The position numbers were made by a program, and so were the translations under genes. A stretch of 63,990 bases of DNA, filler included, from a bacterium (GTDB taxonomy: Bacteria; JALSQH01), in the NCBI GenBank assembly GCA_027004335.1. It is 9 parts of 9 records of this genome, joined end to end, with 100 filler letters (N's around TTAATTAATTAA, not from the genome) between each part and the next. Parts side by side here need not be neighbours in the genome. Positions count along the whole stretch, not along the records: positions 30,687 to 35,739 come from JALTID010000033.1; positions 35,840 to 40,840 come from JALTID010000034.1; 7 more parts are not named here. One strand, given 5' to 3'. The notes below the pieces were generated by a model. That model saw only the letters and a list, made by a program, of their open reading frames with translations, was not told the DNA's origin and made no database searches. Shown here one piece after another: positions 30,688 to 40,736 of this stretch (its first letter is position 1; the number at the start of each line of letters is the position of its first letter).

Positions 30688-32994
30688 AGTCTTGTTGTCA
30701 TCTTGTTACTTTTTATTACTTCATGTGGAGGAAACAAAGAGAGAAAAGGAGAAACCTGTGCTCCTGGTGTTTACATTGAGGGGCATTCAGGTTCTACTAT
30801 TCAGCTTCAGGAGGGCAAAATAAATACCCTTGTAGCTCAGGTAAACACATGCAAGCTCAAGGACAAAAACTTCACATACTCATGGTATCTTGATGACGGC
30901 GATCAACCAGTATCATCAACTAACAAATACGACTACATAAGTTGTAAATCAGATGTGGGAACACATAAGCTAAAAATAGTCGCAGCAAGTATTGACTCTA
31001 ACATTGTGTTGCAAAAAACATATACAGTGAAAGTGATTGAGGTACCCAATCCTCCCAAACCTTCCTGCTATGGGGATGCTATGAACACCGTAAGAACAGG
31101 TTATGTTCAGGGATTCACCTCAGCGGTAAGCTGTCTTGAAAATTACTTGAAGGAGTATGTATGTGATGTTGATGCCAACTTTGCCGCGGGATTGGGAAAA
31201 GAGGTCCTATTTCTAATGAGCATAGAAAATCTCTATAATAATCATACCAGTTTAACAGAAAAAGATATTAAATCCATCGGTGATAACACCATTATGCCCA
31301 TGGTAAATCATTTTAAAGTTGTGATGGAAAAAGCCCCAAAGGATTGGTCCTTTTTTGAAGAAGGACTATATGACATTGTTGTTTTTGACGGAAAAGAAAG
31401 GTACATGGGAAAATTTGATATATCACTCCATGGGGAATTTGATTTAGGGGAAATTTATTTTCTTGTATCTCAGGCAAGTGCTATGGAAGGAGGGTACTAT
31501 ATGGCGACTGCATTTAACGGCCTCCTTGACCATTTTCTCAAGGTTCCCTTTGATTTCAGTATACAATCTGAAATCAAGAGATTTGTGGGAAAAATGATTG
31601 ATGATCCGAAATTTCTAACTTTTGCAGGAAGAGATGGTCAGGAGGGTAAGGAGAATCTACTCCTTGCCAGAGGTGCATTTATTGATTCTGTTCATCTAAT
31701 ACAGGAGATGTTTGCGGAGATAAAATCAGAAACAGATGATCAGAGTGACGACCTGCTGAGATATTGGGATTGTGGCTCAGACGCCATATGTCCACCAGCC
31801 AGCGAGTGCCCTGGAGGAGCTTCATGGATAGACCCGGTAAATGGTGACCCACCCGAGTATGATCCAAACAAATATAGCAGTTGTCAGGATGCAGGGAATG
31901 ATTATGATGACAGGAATCACAATGGGCAGTGTGACGAAGGATGGCAGAAAACAGGGCCGGACAAAGATGGAACAGAATGTAATAATAAATATGACGATGG
32001 AGAACCTCTCGGAACTGAGATACTTGGGTTCCCAGATTTTAAAGTTATCAACATAGCTTCTGATCTTTCTCAGATTCTTATTGCACAAAACGAAATTGAG
32101 CTGAGTTTAATTGGTCCAGACCATCCTCTTGATTTTGATAGAATGGCGGGGATGCAGGAGGGAACAGTTAAAAGTGCTATGGATACCATGGGACTCCCCT
32201 ACCCTGAGGTGAGACTCAGTGAAGTTTTTCTTACCCCTACTGAGGCAAGATTATTAGTTCCACTCTACAGTATTTCCAAAAGATACTTCATAATTGACAA
32301 TGAATATGAGCCTTTTAAAGATACAGGATATGATGGATGCACAGATAAATATGAAGATGGAAATGGAGGATGTGTCTCGGATCCATCACTTTCTCCCTAC
32401 GACCCGATAAAAGACCCTGATCCGAACCACGATGATATTGATCTTTCTTGTGCTCCAACCTGTAATCAGAATGACGGTTACGACAACGACGGAGATGGAT
32501 GTATTGATGAGGATAATCACACTAAATTTGGAAATGTCCCCGGAGATATTGGAGCAGAAGGTAATCTTGTATTTGACTTCATAGATGAAAATGGAAATGG
32601 AAAACATGATTCAGGTGAGAAATCAGAACCTTTTGAAGATATTGGAATTAATGGTGTCCCCGGATCTGCAGGAAATGGCAAGTGGGATACAAAAGATATG
32701 ACTCATACATGGCCCAATGGTTCAGATGTAGGACCTGTAACTGATGTCACAATGACTGACCCAAGAGACGGATGTGCACCATACGACCCGGAAGGAGAAT
32801 TAATCGATTTTTACTATCTCTTTTTCCCCGATCCAACATTTTCCAGGTTTTTAATATTAGATTGGAATCATAAGAACATAGATAATGAGGATCTTAATGA
32901 CCATGCAAAGCTTCACAGATTTGTTTCAAAAGCTTTCGATCTACTTCAACAGGTAGGGATTTATGATAATGGCGTCCACAAGCCGTGTAAATAG
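30688..32994 (+). CDS. Large Cys/Asp/Gly-rich lipoprotein A (start lost at contig edge), putative Ca2+-binding
   Basis: Lipobox ITSC; Ig/PKD-like N-domain (YSWYLD..GTHKLKI); DxNxNG and DNDGDGxIDE loops; paralog of the next gene. Confidence 0.85.
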   Translation, partial: SLVVILLLFITSCGGNKERKGETCAPGVYIEGHSGSTIQLQEGKINTLVAQVNTCKLKDKNFTYSWYLDDGDQPVSSTNKYDYISCKSDVGTHKLKIVAASIDSNIVLQKTYTVKVIEVPNPPKPSCYGDAMNTVRTGYVQGFTSAVSCLENYLKEYVCDVDANFAAGLGKEVLFLMSIENLYNNHTSLTEKDIKSIGDNTIMPMVNHFKVVMEKAPKDWSFFEEGLYDIVVFDGKERYMGKFDISLHGEFDLGEIYFLVSQASAMEGGYYMATAFNGLLDHFLKVPFDFSIQSEIKRFVGKMIDDPKFLTFAGRDGQEGKENLLLARGAFIDSVHLIQEMFAEIKSETDDQSDDLLRYWDCGSDAICPPASECPGGASWIDPVNGDPPEYDPNKYSSCQDAGNDYDDRNHNGQCDEGWQKTGPDKDGTECNNKYDDGEPLGTEILGFPDFKVINIASDLSQILIAQNEIELSLIGPDHPLDFDRMAGMQEGTVKSAMDTMGLPYPEVRLSEVFLTPTEARLLVPLYSISKRYFIIDNEYEPFKDTGYDGCTDKYEDGNGGCVSDPSLSPYDPIKDPDPNHDDIDLSCAPTCNQNDGYDNDGDGCIDEDNHTKFGNVPGDIGAEGNLVFDFIDENGNGKHDSGEKSEPFEDIGINGVPGSAGNGKWDTKDMTHTWPNGSDVGPVTDVTMTDPRDGCAPYDPEGELIDFYYLFFPDPTFSRFLILDWNHKNIDNEDLNDHAKLHRFVSKAFDLLQQVGIYDNGVHKPCK

Positions 32995-35149
32995 GAAGAT
33001 TATTACTGGATTACTTCTTGTCCTTCTTTTAACGCTATCCGCGGGATGTGGAGGAGGCGAGTGTCAGCCGGGATTCTCTGTTACATCTCCATCCTCCAGT
33101 AATGTAGAAATAATTGAGGGAAAAATCCGGAACTTTAGTTTCAACTTAAGGAGTTGTAGTGGAAAAATTTCTAAGATTAACTGGAACCTTGATGATAAAC
33201 CCTATGCTGAAGATTTAACCATGGTTACAATAGAGGGGTGTCCCGATCTGGAAGGTCAACACTCTCTGAAACTGGTCGTAAGAACAACAAAAACCACAAT
33301 TTCAAAATCATGGAAGATCAACATCGTTAACAAAGCTGATCCCGATAAACCTGAATGTTATGGAAAAGCACTTGATACTGTTCAAAGTGGTATTATAGGC
33401 GTTTCCTCATCAGAAAGTCCAACAGGCATGAATATGAGTGATGCTTATCAATGCTTTGAGGAGTATTTGAAAAAATCCCCATGCAATCTTGAAGCGAACA
33501 TGGCAGCAGGAATAGCTCATCTTTCACTGACTCTTGCCAATGCACCTATGCATCTTGCTCTTGCCTTTTCCGCATCTAACAACGGGGTAGAATCTTTTAT
33601 TCAAAGTGAGATTGATCCCTTGATCACTTATTTTGGAACAGTGGCGGAGCATGGTAATTCAAGATTTACTTTTCCTGTAAATAACCTGCTCATCAATATA
33701 CCAATAGCTGATCTCACATTTAATCTCTCTGGAGAGTGGGGCGTAGAAGAAGCAAAAACTCTCACTTCTCTACTTACTACTTTAAAAGGCTTACTTTATA
33801 CTGGGCTTGCTTACAATGGATTTTATGAATTACCTCTGATAATGATAGGGAAGAATCCTGAGAAGTCATTGATTTCGCGTATTAAAATAGATGAAACTTT
33901 CCTCATGCTTACAGGCAAAAATGGAGAAAAGGGTAAAGAGTACCTTACCAAAGCACAGCAACTTCTTGTACAGGGTTTAACTGAAATGGTAGATGCAATA
34001 CTTTCCGTGGAATCAGAACCAGATCCAGTTAATCATGTTATTAAATACTGGGATTGTGGAAAAGATGCAGTCTGCCCACCAAAGTATTCAGATTATCCCG
34101 ATGGAGACCCGGCTGAGCCTTACGAAGATTCCAATCATAATGGTCGGTATGATCAGGGGGAAAAATATGAGGATCTCAATGGCAATGGCAGATGGAATGA
34201 CTCCTGGGAAAATATTGGACCTGACGAAGGAGAAGATGATGGTCAATATACTGACGGAGAGCCTATCGGTACTGATATAATAGCAGGACACAGAATAAGG
34301 TTCTCTGCTGGAACAAGGCTTATTAATATTATCACAACGGTGAGAGATAATATAAAGGGACCAGATCCGCTCAACCTTGATAAATTCTTCGGAGTCCCTG
34401 AAGGAACCATGCGAAAACAATTTAATCAGTTTGGAATTCCCTATCCTGAAATAAGGCTCTCAGAATTTTATGTAACTCCCAGTAACTTAAGAAACATGCT
34501 CCCACTTTATTCAATATCAAAAGAGAAGTTTTTCAATCAACCTGAAATGGAACCCTACAAAGATTGGGGTGTGGATCAGCTTAAAGATGAAGATGAGCCA
34601 TACTATGATCCAGCAACCAACCCGGATCCTGATCACGACGATTATGACCTCCAGACAAATATGAATGACGGGTATGATAATGATGGTGATGGATATATAG
34701 ATGAACGCGATCCCAATGGTGATTACGGTCTTGAAGGAAATCAGAAATACGACTATCTTGATACAGCACCTACCAATGGTAAACAGGATATAGGAGAAAA
34801 ATGTGAACCCTTCTACGATGTGGGAATTACCACACCCAATGGTATCTACGGAAAAGACAATGGAGTATGGGATGAGCTTGACACAGATCACGCGTGGCCT
34901 AAAGGGGATGATGTAGGAGGACCTGAAGTTAATATAGATATTGATCCAAAAGATGGAACCACCAAAGATAAAGATCAGCGGTTAATTGATGAATTTTATC
35001 TGTTTTTCCCCGATGCCACATTCAGTGGTGTATTAACATTTCCTGACCCCACTGTGAATGTGGATGGCAAAACTCTCACAAGAAATGCAGAGTTATTTAG
35101 ATTCATCGGCAAGATGAAAGAAAACGCTTATTATTTCTTCGGATATTAA
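32963..35149 (+). CDS. Large Cys/Asp/Gly-rich lipoprotein B, putative Ca2+-binding
   Basis: Lipobox SAGC; same domain order as A; EPYEDSNHNGRYD, EKYEDLNGNGRWND, NDGYDNDGDGYIDE. Confidence 0.88.
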   Translation: MIMASTSRVNRKIITGLLLVLLLTLSAGCGGGECQPGFSVTSPSSSNVEIIEGKIRNFSFNLRSCSGKISKINWNLDDKPYAEDLTMVTIEGCPDLEGQHSLKLVVRTTKTTISKSWKINIVNKADPDKPECYGKALDTVQSGIIGVSSSESPTGMNMSDAYQCFEEYLKKSPCNLEANMAAGIAHLSLTLANAPMHLALAFSASNNGVESFIQSEIDPLITYFGTVAEHGNSRFTFPVNNLLINIPIADLTFNLSGEWGVEEAKTLTSLLTTLKGLLYTGLAYNGFYELPLIMIGKNPEKSLISRIKIDETFLMLTGKNGEKGKEYLTKAQQLLVQGLTEMVDAILSVESEPDPVNHVIKYWDCGKDAVCPPKYSDYPDGDPAEPYEDSNHNGRYDQGEKYEDLNGNGRWNDSWENIGPDEGEDDGQYTDGEPIGTDIIAGHRIRFSAGTRLINIITTVRDNIKGPDPLNLDKFFGVPEGTMRKQFNQFGIPYPEIRLSEFYVTPSNLRNMLPLYSISKEKFFNQPEMEPYKDWGVDQLKDEDEPYYDPATNPDPDHDDYDLQTNMNDGYDNDGDGYIDERDPNGDYGLEGNQKYDYLDTAPTNGKQDIGEKCEPFYDVGITTPNGIYGKDNGVWDELDTDHAWPKGDDVGGPEVNIDIDPKDGTTKDKDQRLIDEFYLFFPDATFSGVLTFPDPTVNVDGKTLTRNAELFRFIGKMKENAYYFFGY

Positions 35150-35150
35150 A

Positions 35151-35739
35151 TTACTCTTTGAAAAGTGCCTGATAATACAATTTAGCAAGCTGGTTATTAG
35201 GAAATTCTAAAATTATCTCTTTAAATACCTCCTTAGATTCCTCTTTTTCTCCCATTGCATAATAAACAAGGCCCAAATTGATATAAGCCTGTTGATATTT
35301 TGGGTTTATTTTGAGAGCTTTTTTCAAATGCTCAATAGCTTTATCATACTCCCCTATTTCTTTATATGCCATTGCTATCTTATTTCTGATATCTGCAAAA
35401 TCTGGTCTTAATTTTATTGCATTGTTGTACTCATCAACTGCCTCCTTGAAAAGCCCCAAATCCACATAAATATCAGCTATCTGCAGGTGAAGATTGGCAA
35501 GTTTTGCTCTGACATGAGCATCTTTTATCCTCTGATCCCCAACCTTCACTTTCGTTCCCTGAAGTGCTTTTTCATACGCTTCTCTTGCCTTCTCATACTC
35601 TCCGATGTCACTGTAAACTATAGCTAAATTGAGAGCTGCTTCCACATACCCCTGATTGATAGAAAGAGCCTTCTCAAGGTATATCCTCGCTCTCTCTATA
35701 TCACCCTCCATCTGGTAGATCACTCCAAGCATGTTAAAA
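35151..35739 (-). CDS. TPR-repeat protein (5'-truncated)
   Basis: Successive TPRs (LGVIYQ..ALSIN, AIKLRPDFADIR, ALKINPKY..NLG). Confidence 0.9.
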
Positions 35740-35839
35740 NNNNNNNNNNNNNNNNNNNNNNNNNNNNNNNNNNNNNNNNNNNNTTAATTAATTAANNNNN
35801 NNNNNNNNNNNNNNNNNNNNNNNNNNNNNNNNNNNNNNN
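35740..35839. other. Synthetic contig linker
   Basis: N44-TTAATTAATTAA-N44. Confidence 0.97.
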
Positions 35840-35841
35840 GC

Positions 35842-36837
35842 AATTTACCTGGAAAAATAGAGGAGGGTTTGAGGAACATCCCTGATCTATCAACACTGCC
35901 CTGTTCCAGTGTGAACGGTGTTCCATGTGGCAGTATAAGACTGGATTTCTCAGATTTTCAGCCACCGGAAGTTCCCTATGAGAGTTATATAACATATTTT
36001 GGTTTTGGTAAAAAAGTTGTGAAAACTTATAACCATGTAACTTCTTCAACAGAGAAACTGGTGAAGAGTTTCAGTAATGCTACAGATAGGGTTTCAGGGG
36101 CATGCAGTGATGCAGTGAATGATCTTTTTTCCTCCTGTGAGAATGCCAACGGATTTATAAGAGAGATAAATGAGAAGGCTACTTTTGTAAAGGGAGAAGT
36201 CAGTACCTATCGTTCTAAAGCCGATCACTACTGTGGAGAGATTAAAGGTAAGTTAGGGGGTATTAAAAGGGGAATTAACAATAACGATATACCTGATTTT
36301 AACGTTGATTCCATATTTTCCCTTATAAGGCGTAACAGAAAAAAGGGATGCAGTGAGTTAAGGAGCAAATATTTTATGGTGAAGAGTAAGATAGATGCTC
36401 TTACAGGAGAAGCTGAGCAGTTAAAGGGAAAGCTTATTGGTAGATGCAGGTCTTTGATAAATGATGTTACGCAACCATATCACTCTTTGAGAGATAGGTA
36501 TGACAGGTTTACCCATAAAGTTGATTCACTTCTTTCAGAGCAGTTTATCATTGATCCTGAGAATTACATAAGATTCCGCTATCAGCAGTATAGTGGTCGG
36601 TTCTGGAGCTGGGTTAATCAGCGGGAGGAAGATTTTAAAGGTAGAGTGGTTGGTGAGATGGAGAAGAATATTCCTGAATTACCACAGCTCAGTATTCCTG
36701 ACCCGAAAAGGTGTGATCCAGAGTTGTATTACATAGGCATCTATGCTGTGAGGCTTCATTCAACTGAGATCATTCCTGTAGATTTTTCATCTATAAGAGG
36801 AGTTATCAATGAGGCGAAGAGAGAGGGGCTTTATTAA
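35842..36837 (+). CDS. Hypothetical Cys-patterned helical protein in the Tad locus (5'-truncated)
   Basis: Frame open from the contig edge; 8 Cys; heptad-like helices; overlaps the next gene. Confidence 0.75.
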   Translation, partial: NLPGKIEEGLRNIPDLSTLPCSSVNGVPCGSIRLDFSDFQPPEVPYESYITYFGFGKKVVKTYNHVTSSTEKLVKSFSNATDRVSGACSDAVNDLFSSCENANGFIREINEKATFVKGEVSTYRSKADHYCGEIKGKLGGIKRGINNNDIPDFNVDSIFSLIRRNRKKGCSELRSKYFMVKSKIDALTGEAEQLKGKLIGRCRSLINDVTQPYHSLRDRYDRFTHKVDSLLSEQFIIDPENYIRFRYQQYSGRFWSWVNQREEDFKGRVVGEMEKNIPELPQLSIPDPKRCDPELYYIGIYAVRLHSTEIIPVDFSSIRGVINEAKREGLY

Positions 36838-37963
36838 TGTAGCCATTGCACTCCTGCTGTTTGCTGCAACCCTTGTTGGGGTGTGGGGAGTGGAGTACAT
36901 AAAGAGAGTAAACGCAGAGAAGAAATTCAGACAGAATGTTGATCAACTCACTATAAGTGCTGCGTCTTTTCAGGCGATGACCATGAATGGAGTTACCGTT
37001 CTGAATGACGGAATAATTGCTGATGATACTACGGCAGCGGTTGTAGCAGCTGGATCGGTGATTGTTGGGATAGTTGCATTAATTGCAGGTGGTGCAGGTC
37101 TGGAAATAATTATAGATGGTTTAAGGGCCTCAAAGAAGATTATAGATGTTGGTAATAAGATAGAGGAGCTCCAGAAACATTGGGCTTCTCTGGGTTCTAT
37201 TTTTACATATCTGCCCTATCTAATGTTTTATACACGGAAGGCCAGGGAACTTAAAAATCAGAAAATGATTTTTCTGCCTCTTCCCTTCCTCCCTGATCTC
37301 TCCACTGGAAGTGGCAGGAGAAAAGTTACCTCTGAGTATGATCTCAAGATTCATGTGAGCTGGTCCCTTGATAAGGCGGTAAAAGGAGTATTAAAGGAAC
37401 TTCTCTATCTTGCAGATAAGAGAGTAAGAATGGCGGAGGAAAAGGAGGCTGGAAGATTTGATAAAAAGGTTGATACTATGGTGGGAAAACCTTTCTGTAA
37501 GGCAGGAAAGGTCCTTTTTGCAACCTCCAAACATCCCTATAAAAAATGCAGAATCTGGACTTTGAAAATTGTTGGGAGTAAAAGTGGCTTTTATAAGTCA
37601 GTTCAGAATGCCTTTGACAATGGATGGAAGGGAGTGAAGAGGAGCATTTTGGCCAGTGTGGATTCCTGGGATTTCAGTGGGGATAGAGTCTTTGGAGTTA
37701 AGATACCTGTGCCGGCGGTAATCGCAGAGAATTTTTACCAGATTCAAAAGATAGGAACCCTGGCAATATGGGAGAATAAGGGTTTTACTCCTGTAAAATG
37801 GCTGGTTTCTAAAAGTGATACCCTGAATATTCCACTGGAGCTCCAGTTTGCAAGAGCGATGCCTTACAGCGATATTATTGAGGGGGGTGTACCTGTGGTT
37901 CCTGACTGGAAGGGAATATTTATTCCCCCTGATCTGTTAAATGCTCTGGGGGTTAAAAAATGA
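36809..37963 (+). CDS. TadG-like pilin-domain protein
   Basis: Basic leader MRRRERG followed by a hydrophobic helix, then QNVD..ISAA..QA resembling the TadG N-terminal motif. Confidence 0.65.
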   Translation: MRRRERGFINVAIALLLFAATLVGVWGVEYIKRVNAEKKFRQNVDQLTISAASFQAMTMNGVTVLNDGIIADDTTAAVVAAGSVIVGIVALIAGGAGLEIIIDGLRASKKIIDVGNKIEELQKHWASLGSIFTYLPYLMFYTRKARELKNQKMIFLPLPFLPDLSTGSGRRKVTSEYDLKIHVSWSLDKAVKGVLKELLYLADKRVRMAEEKEAGRFDKKVDTMVGKPFCKAGKVLFATSKHPYKKCRIWTLKIVGSKSGFYKSVQNAFDNGWKGVKRSILASVDSWDFSGDRVFGVKIPVPAVIAENFYQIQKIGTLAIWENKGFTPVKWLVSKSDTLNIPLELQFARAMPYSDIIEGGVPVVPDWKGIFIPPDLLNALGVKK

Positions 37964-38313
37964 AGAGAAGGAGTAATAGGGGGGATGTACTTATTATTGC
38001 CACACTGGGTATTTTTTTAATTGCCCTTTTGCTGTTGCTGTTTCAGAAGATTGTTATTTCCCAGCTCATTAAAAACGAAGCCATGAGTTACGCTGAGAAG
38101 GCTGCATATATAAAGTTCCTAAAGGGTAAAAATATCGCTTCAGGTAAAGTTTTTAAGGAGAATTATGGTGAGTTTGCCGGTAAGAAGATAAGTCTCACTG
38201 TTAAAGATAATTTCTGGGGGGTCAGATCAAAAGTTAGGGTAAAAATTCCCTACAAAAATAAGACTATTGTGGAAAGTTTCCATATTACAGCTCCGGGGAG
38301 GATTATAAAGTGA
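37960..38313 (+). CDS. TadE/F-like minor pilin
   Basis: Leader MKRRSNRG followed by a hydrophobic helix; coupled to both neighbours. Confidence 0.55.
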   Translation: MKRRSNRGDVLIIATLGIFLIALLLLLFQKIVISQLIKNEAMSYAEKAAYIKFLKGKNIASGKVFKENYGEFAGKKISLTVKDNFWGVRSKVRVKIPYKNKTIVESFHITAPGRIIK

Positions 38314-39614
38314 GGAAACTTTTCTGGGTATACTTAACAGCAATTTTTGTTTTTTCCGCAACCCTGTGGCCCATACCGATAATTGACAGAGAATTATTTG
38401 ATCCTGCAACATATTTCACTCAACAATTAGGAAAACGGTTTAAGAAAAGTGTATCAGAGTTTCTTGTAAATGGAATAAAGATTTCCTATTTAAAAGTTGA
38501 TCATGTGGGTAAAGAAGATAGCGCGAGACTTTTTATGTTATTAAAAGGATTAGAGTTAACAAATGGTTACATCAATGCTTATAAAAATTTTGAGGGAAAG
38601 AGATTACCTCCTCCTGTCCCTTTCTTTGATTTGCCATTCCTAGCTCCGGGAAGAAGAGGCGATCTATCCATTGATTATCTTTTATCAGAGACCGGAAATA
38701 CAGACAGAAATGCTCTTGTTAGGCGTCTTGTTAGATATTATGCAAAACAGAAGAGATCCCCCATAACACTTTTTGGGTTGCTTCATTTTGCGTATTGTAT
38801 GAAGTGGATAGATAGTGATAATCTATTTAGTTTATTTAAAGCTACCAATCCTGTTATCGCTTTTGTCTACAAAAAATTCATTAAACCCCATTATAACGAG
38901 AAAAGGAGAGAAGAGGAGTGCTACTCAGATATTTTTGAAAAGTTAATTGAAGAATTAAAGCCCTCCCTTGGTATCTCTATAAATTCTCTTAAAAAGGTCC
39001 ATGGTAGATGGACACTTACAGGTATTGTGATTCCAGAGTTGAAGCTTCAAAACTTCCTCCCTGTTATAACCCCAGGAAAGTATTATCTTCCTGCTACCAT
39101 TCCTGAGGCAGATGGTTGTGGAGAAGTGCTGCCTGTGCTGGATGTGAAGAGTTTCAGGGGAAGGATAGTTAATAAAGAACTTCACGGAAGATTCACCCTT
39201 GGTGTCAGTGAAAATGAGGATGATGAATATCTTGTGAGATGTGTGGGAGAACAGCTTGAAAATTCAGGGTGGTCTCTCTTTGATGTGGGACAGATTTTAG
39301 GTGGAATAAGAGATGTTCTTGGTTCTCTGGGCAGTAATATCACCTCTACAACATCTGATAAAACTTTTGTGCCAGTGGTAAATCTGGCTCTCAATGAATC
39401 TGGTGCAGAGGAAGAGATTTCAGATGTGAGGGGAAAGATTGATGGTATTCTGAACAAAATTTCAAATATAAACATTAACAAGAAAAATTTTAAATTCTAC
39501 CTCCGAGGGGAGGATAATGCCATAGCTATAGTTACAGGTGGTTCTATGGAAGTGAGAATAAGTAAAAAGGTCAAAAAGAAATTTTCTACTCTGTTGATTA
39601 TGGAGGTCAGGTAG
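38310..39614 (+). CDS. Hypothetical secreted protein in the Tad locus
   Basis: 434-aa ORF, signal peptide, GTGA overlap with the upstream stop. Confidence 0.75.
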   Translation: MRKLFWVYLTAIFVFSATLWPIPIIDRELFDPATYFTQQLGKRFKKSVSEFLVNGIKISYLKVDHVGKEDSARLFMLLKGLELTNGYINAYKNFEGKRLPPPVPFFDLPFLAPGRRGDLSIDYLLSETGNTDRNALVRRLVRYYAKQKRSPITLFGLLHFAYCMKWIDSDNLFSLFKATNPVIAFVYKKFIKPHYNEKRREEECYSDIFEKLIEELKPSLGISINSLKKVHGRWTLTGIVIPELKLQNFLPVITPGKYYLPATIPEADGCGEVLPVLDVKSFRGRIVNKELHGRFTLGVSENEDDEYLVRCVGEQLENSGWSLFDVGQILGGIRDVLGSLGSNITSTTSDKTFVPVVNLALNESGAEEEISDVRGKIDGILNKISNININKKNFKFYLRGEDNAIAIVTGGSMEVRISKKVKKKFSTLLIMEVR

Positions 39615-39770
39615 TTGAAGAGAGGTGACTCCGGCCAGGTAATGCTGGAGGAGATAATCATATTGATTTTAGTGGTAATTCCTCTGATTGTTCTGATAGC
39701 AGTTGTCATGAAAAAATTATCACTGCTCTATCAGATGGAAGATTTGCTTATGAAAGTCCCTGTTTTATAG
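39615..39770 (+). CDS. Small Flp/TadE-like prepilin (51 aa, absent from the ORF track)
   Basis: GGAGGT RBS plus TTG; MKRGDSG|QVMLEEIIILILVVIPLIVLIAVVMKKLSLLYQMEDLLMKVPVL; G-1/E+5 prepilin motif. Confidence 0.8.
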   Translation: MKRGDSGQVMLEEIIILILVVIPLIVLIAVVMKKLSLLYQMEDLLMKVPVL

Positions 39771-39779
39771 GAGGTGGTG

Positions 39780-40493
39780 ATGAAGCTTAAGAAAAGAGAA
39801 AAGGTGATCATTTCCATATCAATTCTGGCGGGCTTACTTGCAGTGGTATTACTCTATGGAGAAATTTTATCCTATAAAAAGAAGCTTCAAAATGTTAAAT
39901 ATGAAGTGATTATAGTTGCTAAAAAAGATCTTTTACCTGGATCCACGATAAATAAAGAGAATCTTATCTACAGTAAAATTCCTGAAAGATATTTCTCCAG
40001 CAATTTTATAAAACGGGGGGATGAGAATTTCATAGTTGGAGCCATTGTAAAAAGGGATATAAAGCCATACAAGCCCATTTCTTCCTGTCAGATAATACCC
40101 TTTGGAGGAAAGGATTACTATATTTCAAAATTGCCTTCTGATGTTACTCCCCTTACCCTCTCTCTTGATCCCGAGAGCCAGATTGGAGGTATGGTAAAGA
40201 GAAGTGGTAAGGTGGATATCTATCTCTTTTCACCATTAAACAATGGTCAGTTAGTCCCACTGGTTGGAGGTATAAAAGTTGTCTGGATAGAGAAAAGTGG
40301 AGGCAGAGTAAATGTAACTGTGGCTCTTAAGGGGAAGGAGCTTTATAAAGTGATGATTGCCAGAAACAAGGGTGTCTTATGGATAATACCTTCCCGGGGA
40401 AAATTGCCTTCAAAGCCCATTGCATGGGATCAACTTATGGGAGTTAAAAAGAGAAAGAAGTTACCAGGGGTGCAGATATTAAGAGGACAATAA
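39780..40493 (+). CDS. cpaB: Flp pilus assembly protein CpaB/RcpC
   Basis: N-terminal TM; SAF domain IVAKKDLLPGSTI; GGMVKRSGKVDI; adjacent to flp. Confidence 0.8.
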   Translation: MKLKKREKVIISISILAGLLAVVLLYGEILSYKKKLQNVKYEVIIVAKKDLLPGSTINKENLIYSKIPERYFSSNFIKRGDENFIVGAIVKRDIKPYKPISSCQIIPFGGKDYYISKLPSDVTPLTLSLDPESQIGGMVKRSGKVDIYLFSPLNNGQLVPLVGGIKVVWIEKSGGRVNVTVALKGKELYKVMIARNKGVLWIIPSRGKLPSKPIAWDQLMGVKKRKKLPGVQILRGQ

Positions 40494-40509
40494 ACATAGG
40501 AGGTGTGTT

Positions 40510-40704
40510 ATGTTACAGAAGATCAATGAAAAACTAAAGAATTCCAGAGGCCAGAGCATGCTGGAGTATATTCTCATAGTTGTTTTTGTAGTTGTGATGG
40601 GGCTTGCCGTATGGAAGGCTTTTGGGCAAAAAATTAAGGATCTTGTGTCCAACTCCACGTCAGCTATTTCTACCCAGACTGATGATATTTTTCAGAGTAA
40701 GTAA
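40510..40704 (+). CDS. flp: Flp family type IVb/c pilin
   Basis: RG|QSMLEYILI Flp motif (E+5, Y+6); 64 aa; AGGAGGT RBS. Confidence 0.9.
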   Translation: MLQKINEKLKNSRGQSMLEYILIVVFVVVMGLAVWKAFGQKIKDLVSNSTSAISTQTDDIFQSK

Positions 40705-40736
40705 GCCATAGTTGTTGAAACTCTGGATGGTGAAAG

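Noticed and set aside
31700-35000. Repetitive GAT/GAC/GGA-rich DNA as a CRISPR array, tandem repeat or DGR template
   Set aside because: The repetition is at the protein-motif level with divergent codons. There are no identical repeat-spacer units, no adenine-specific variant pair and no reverse transcriptase.
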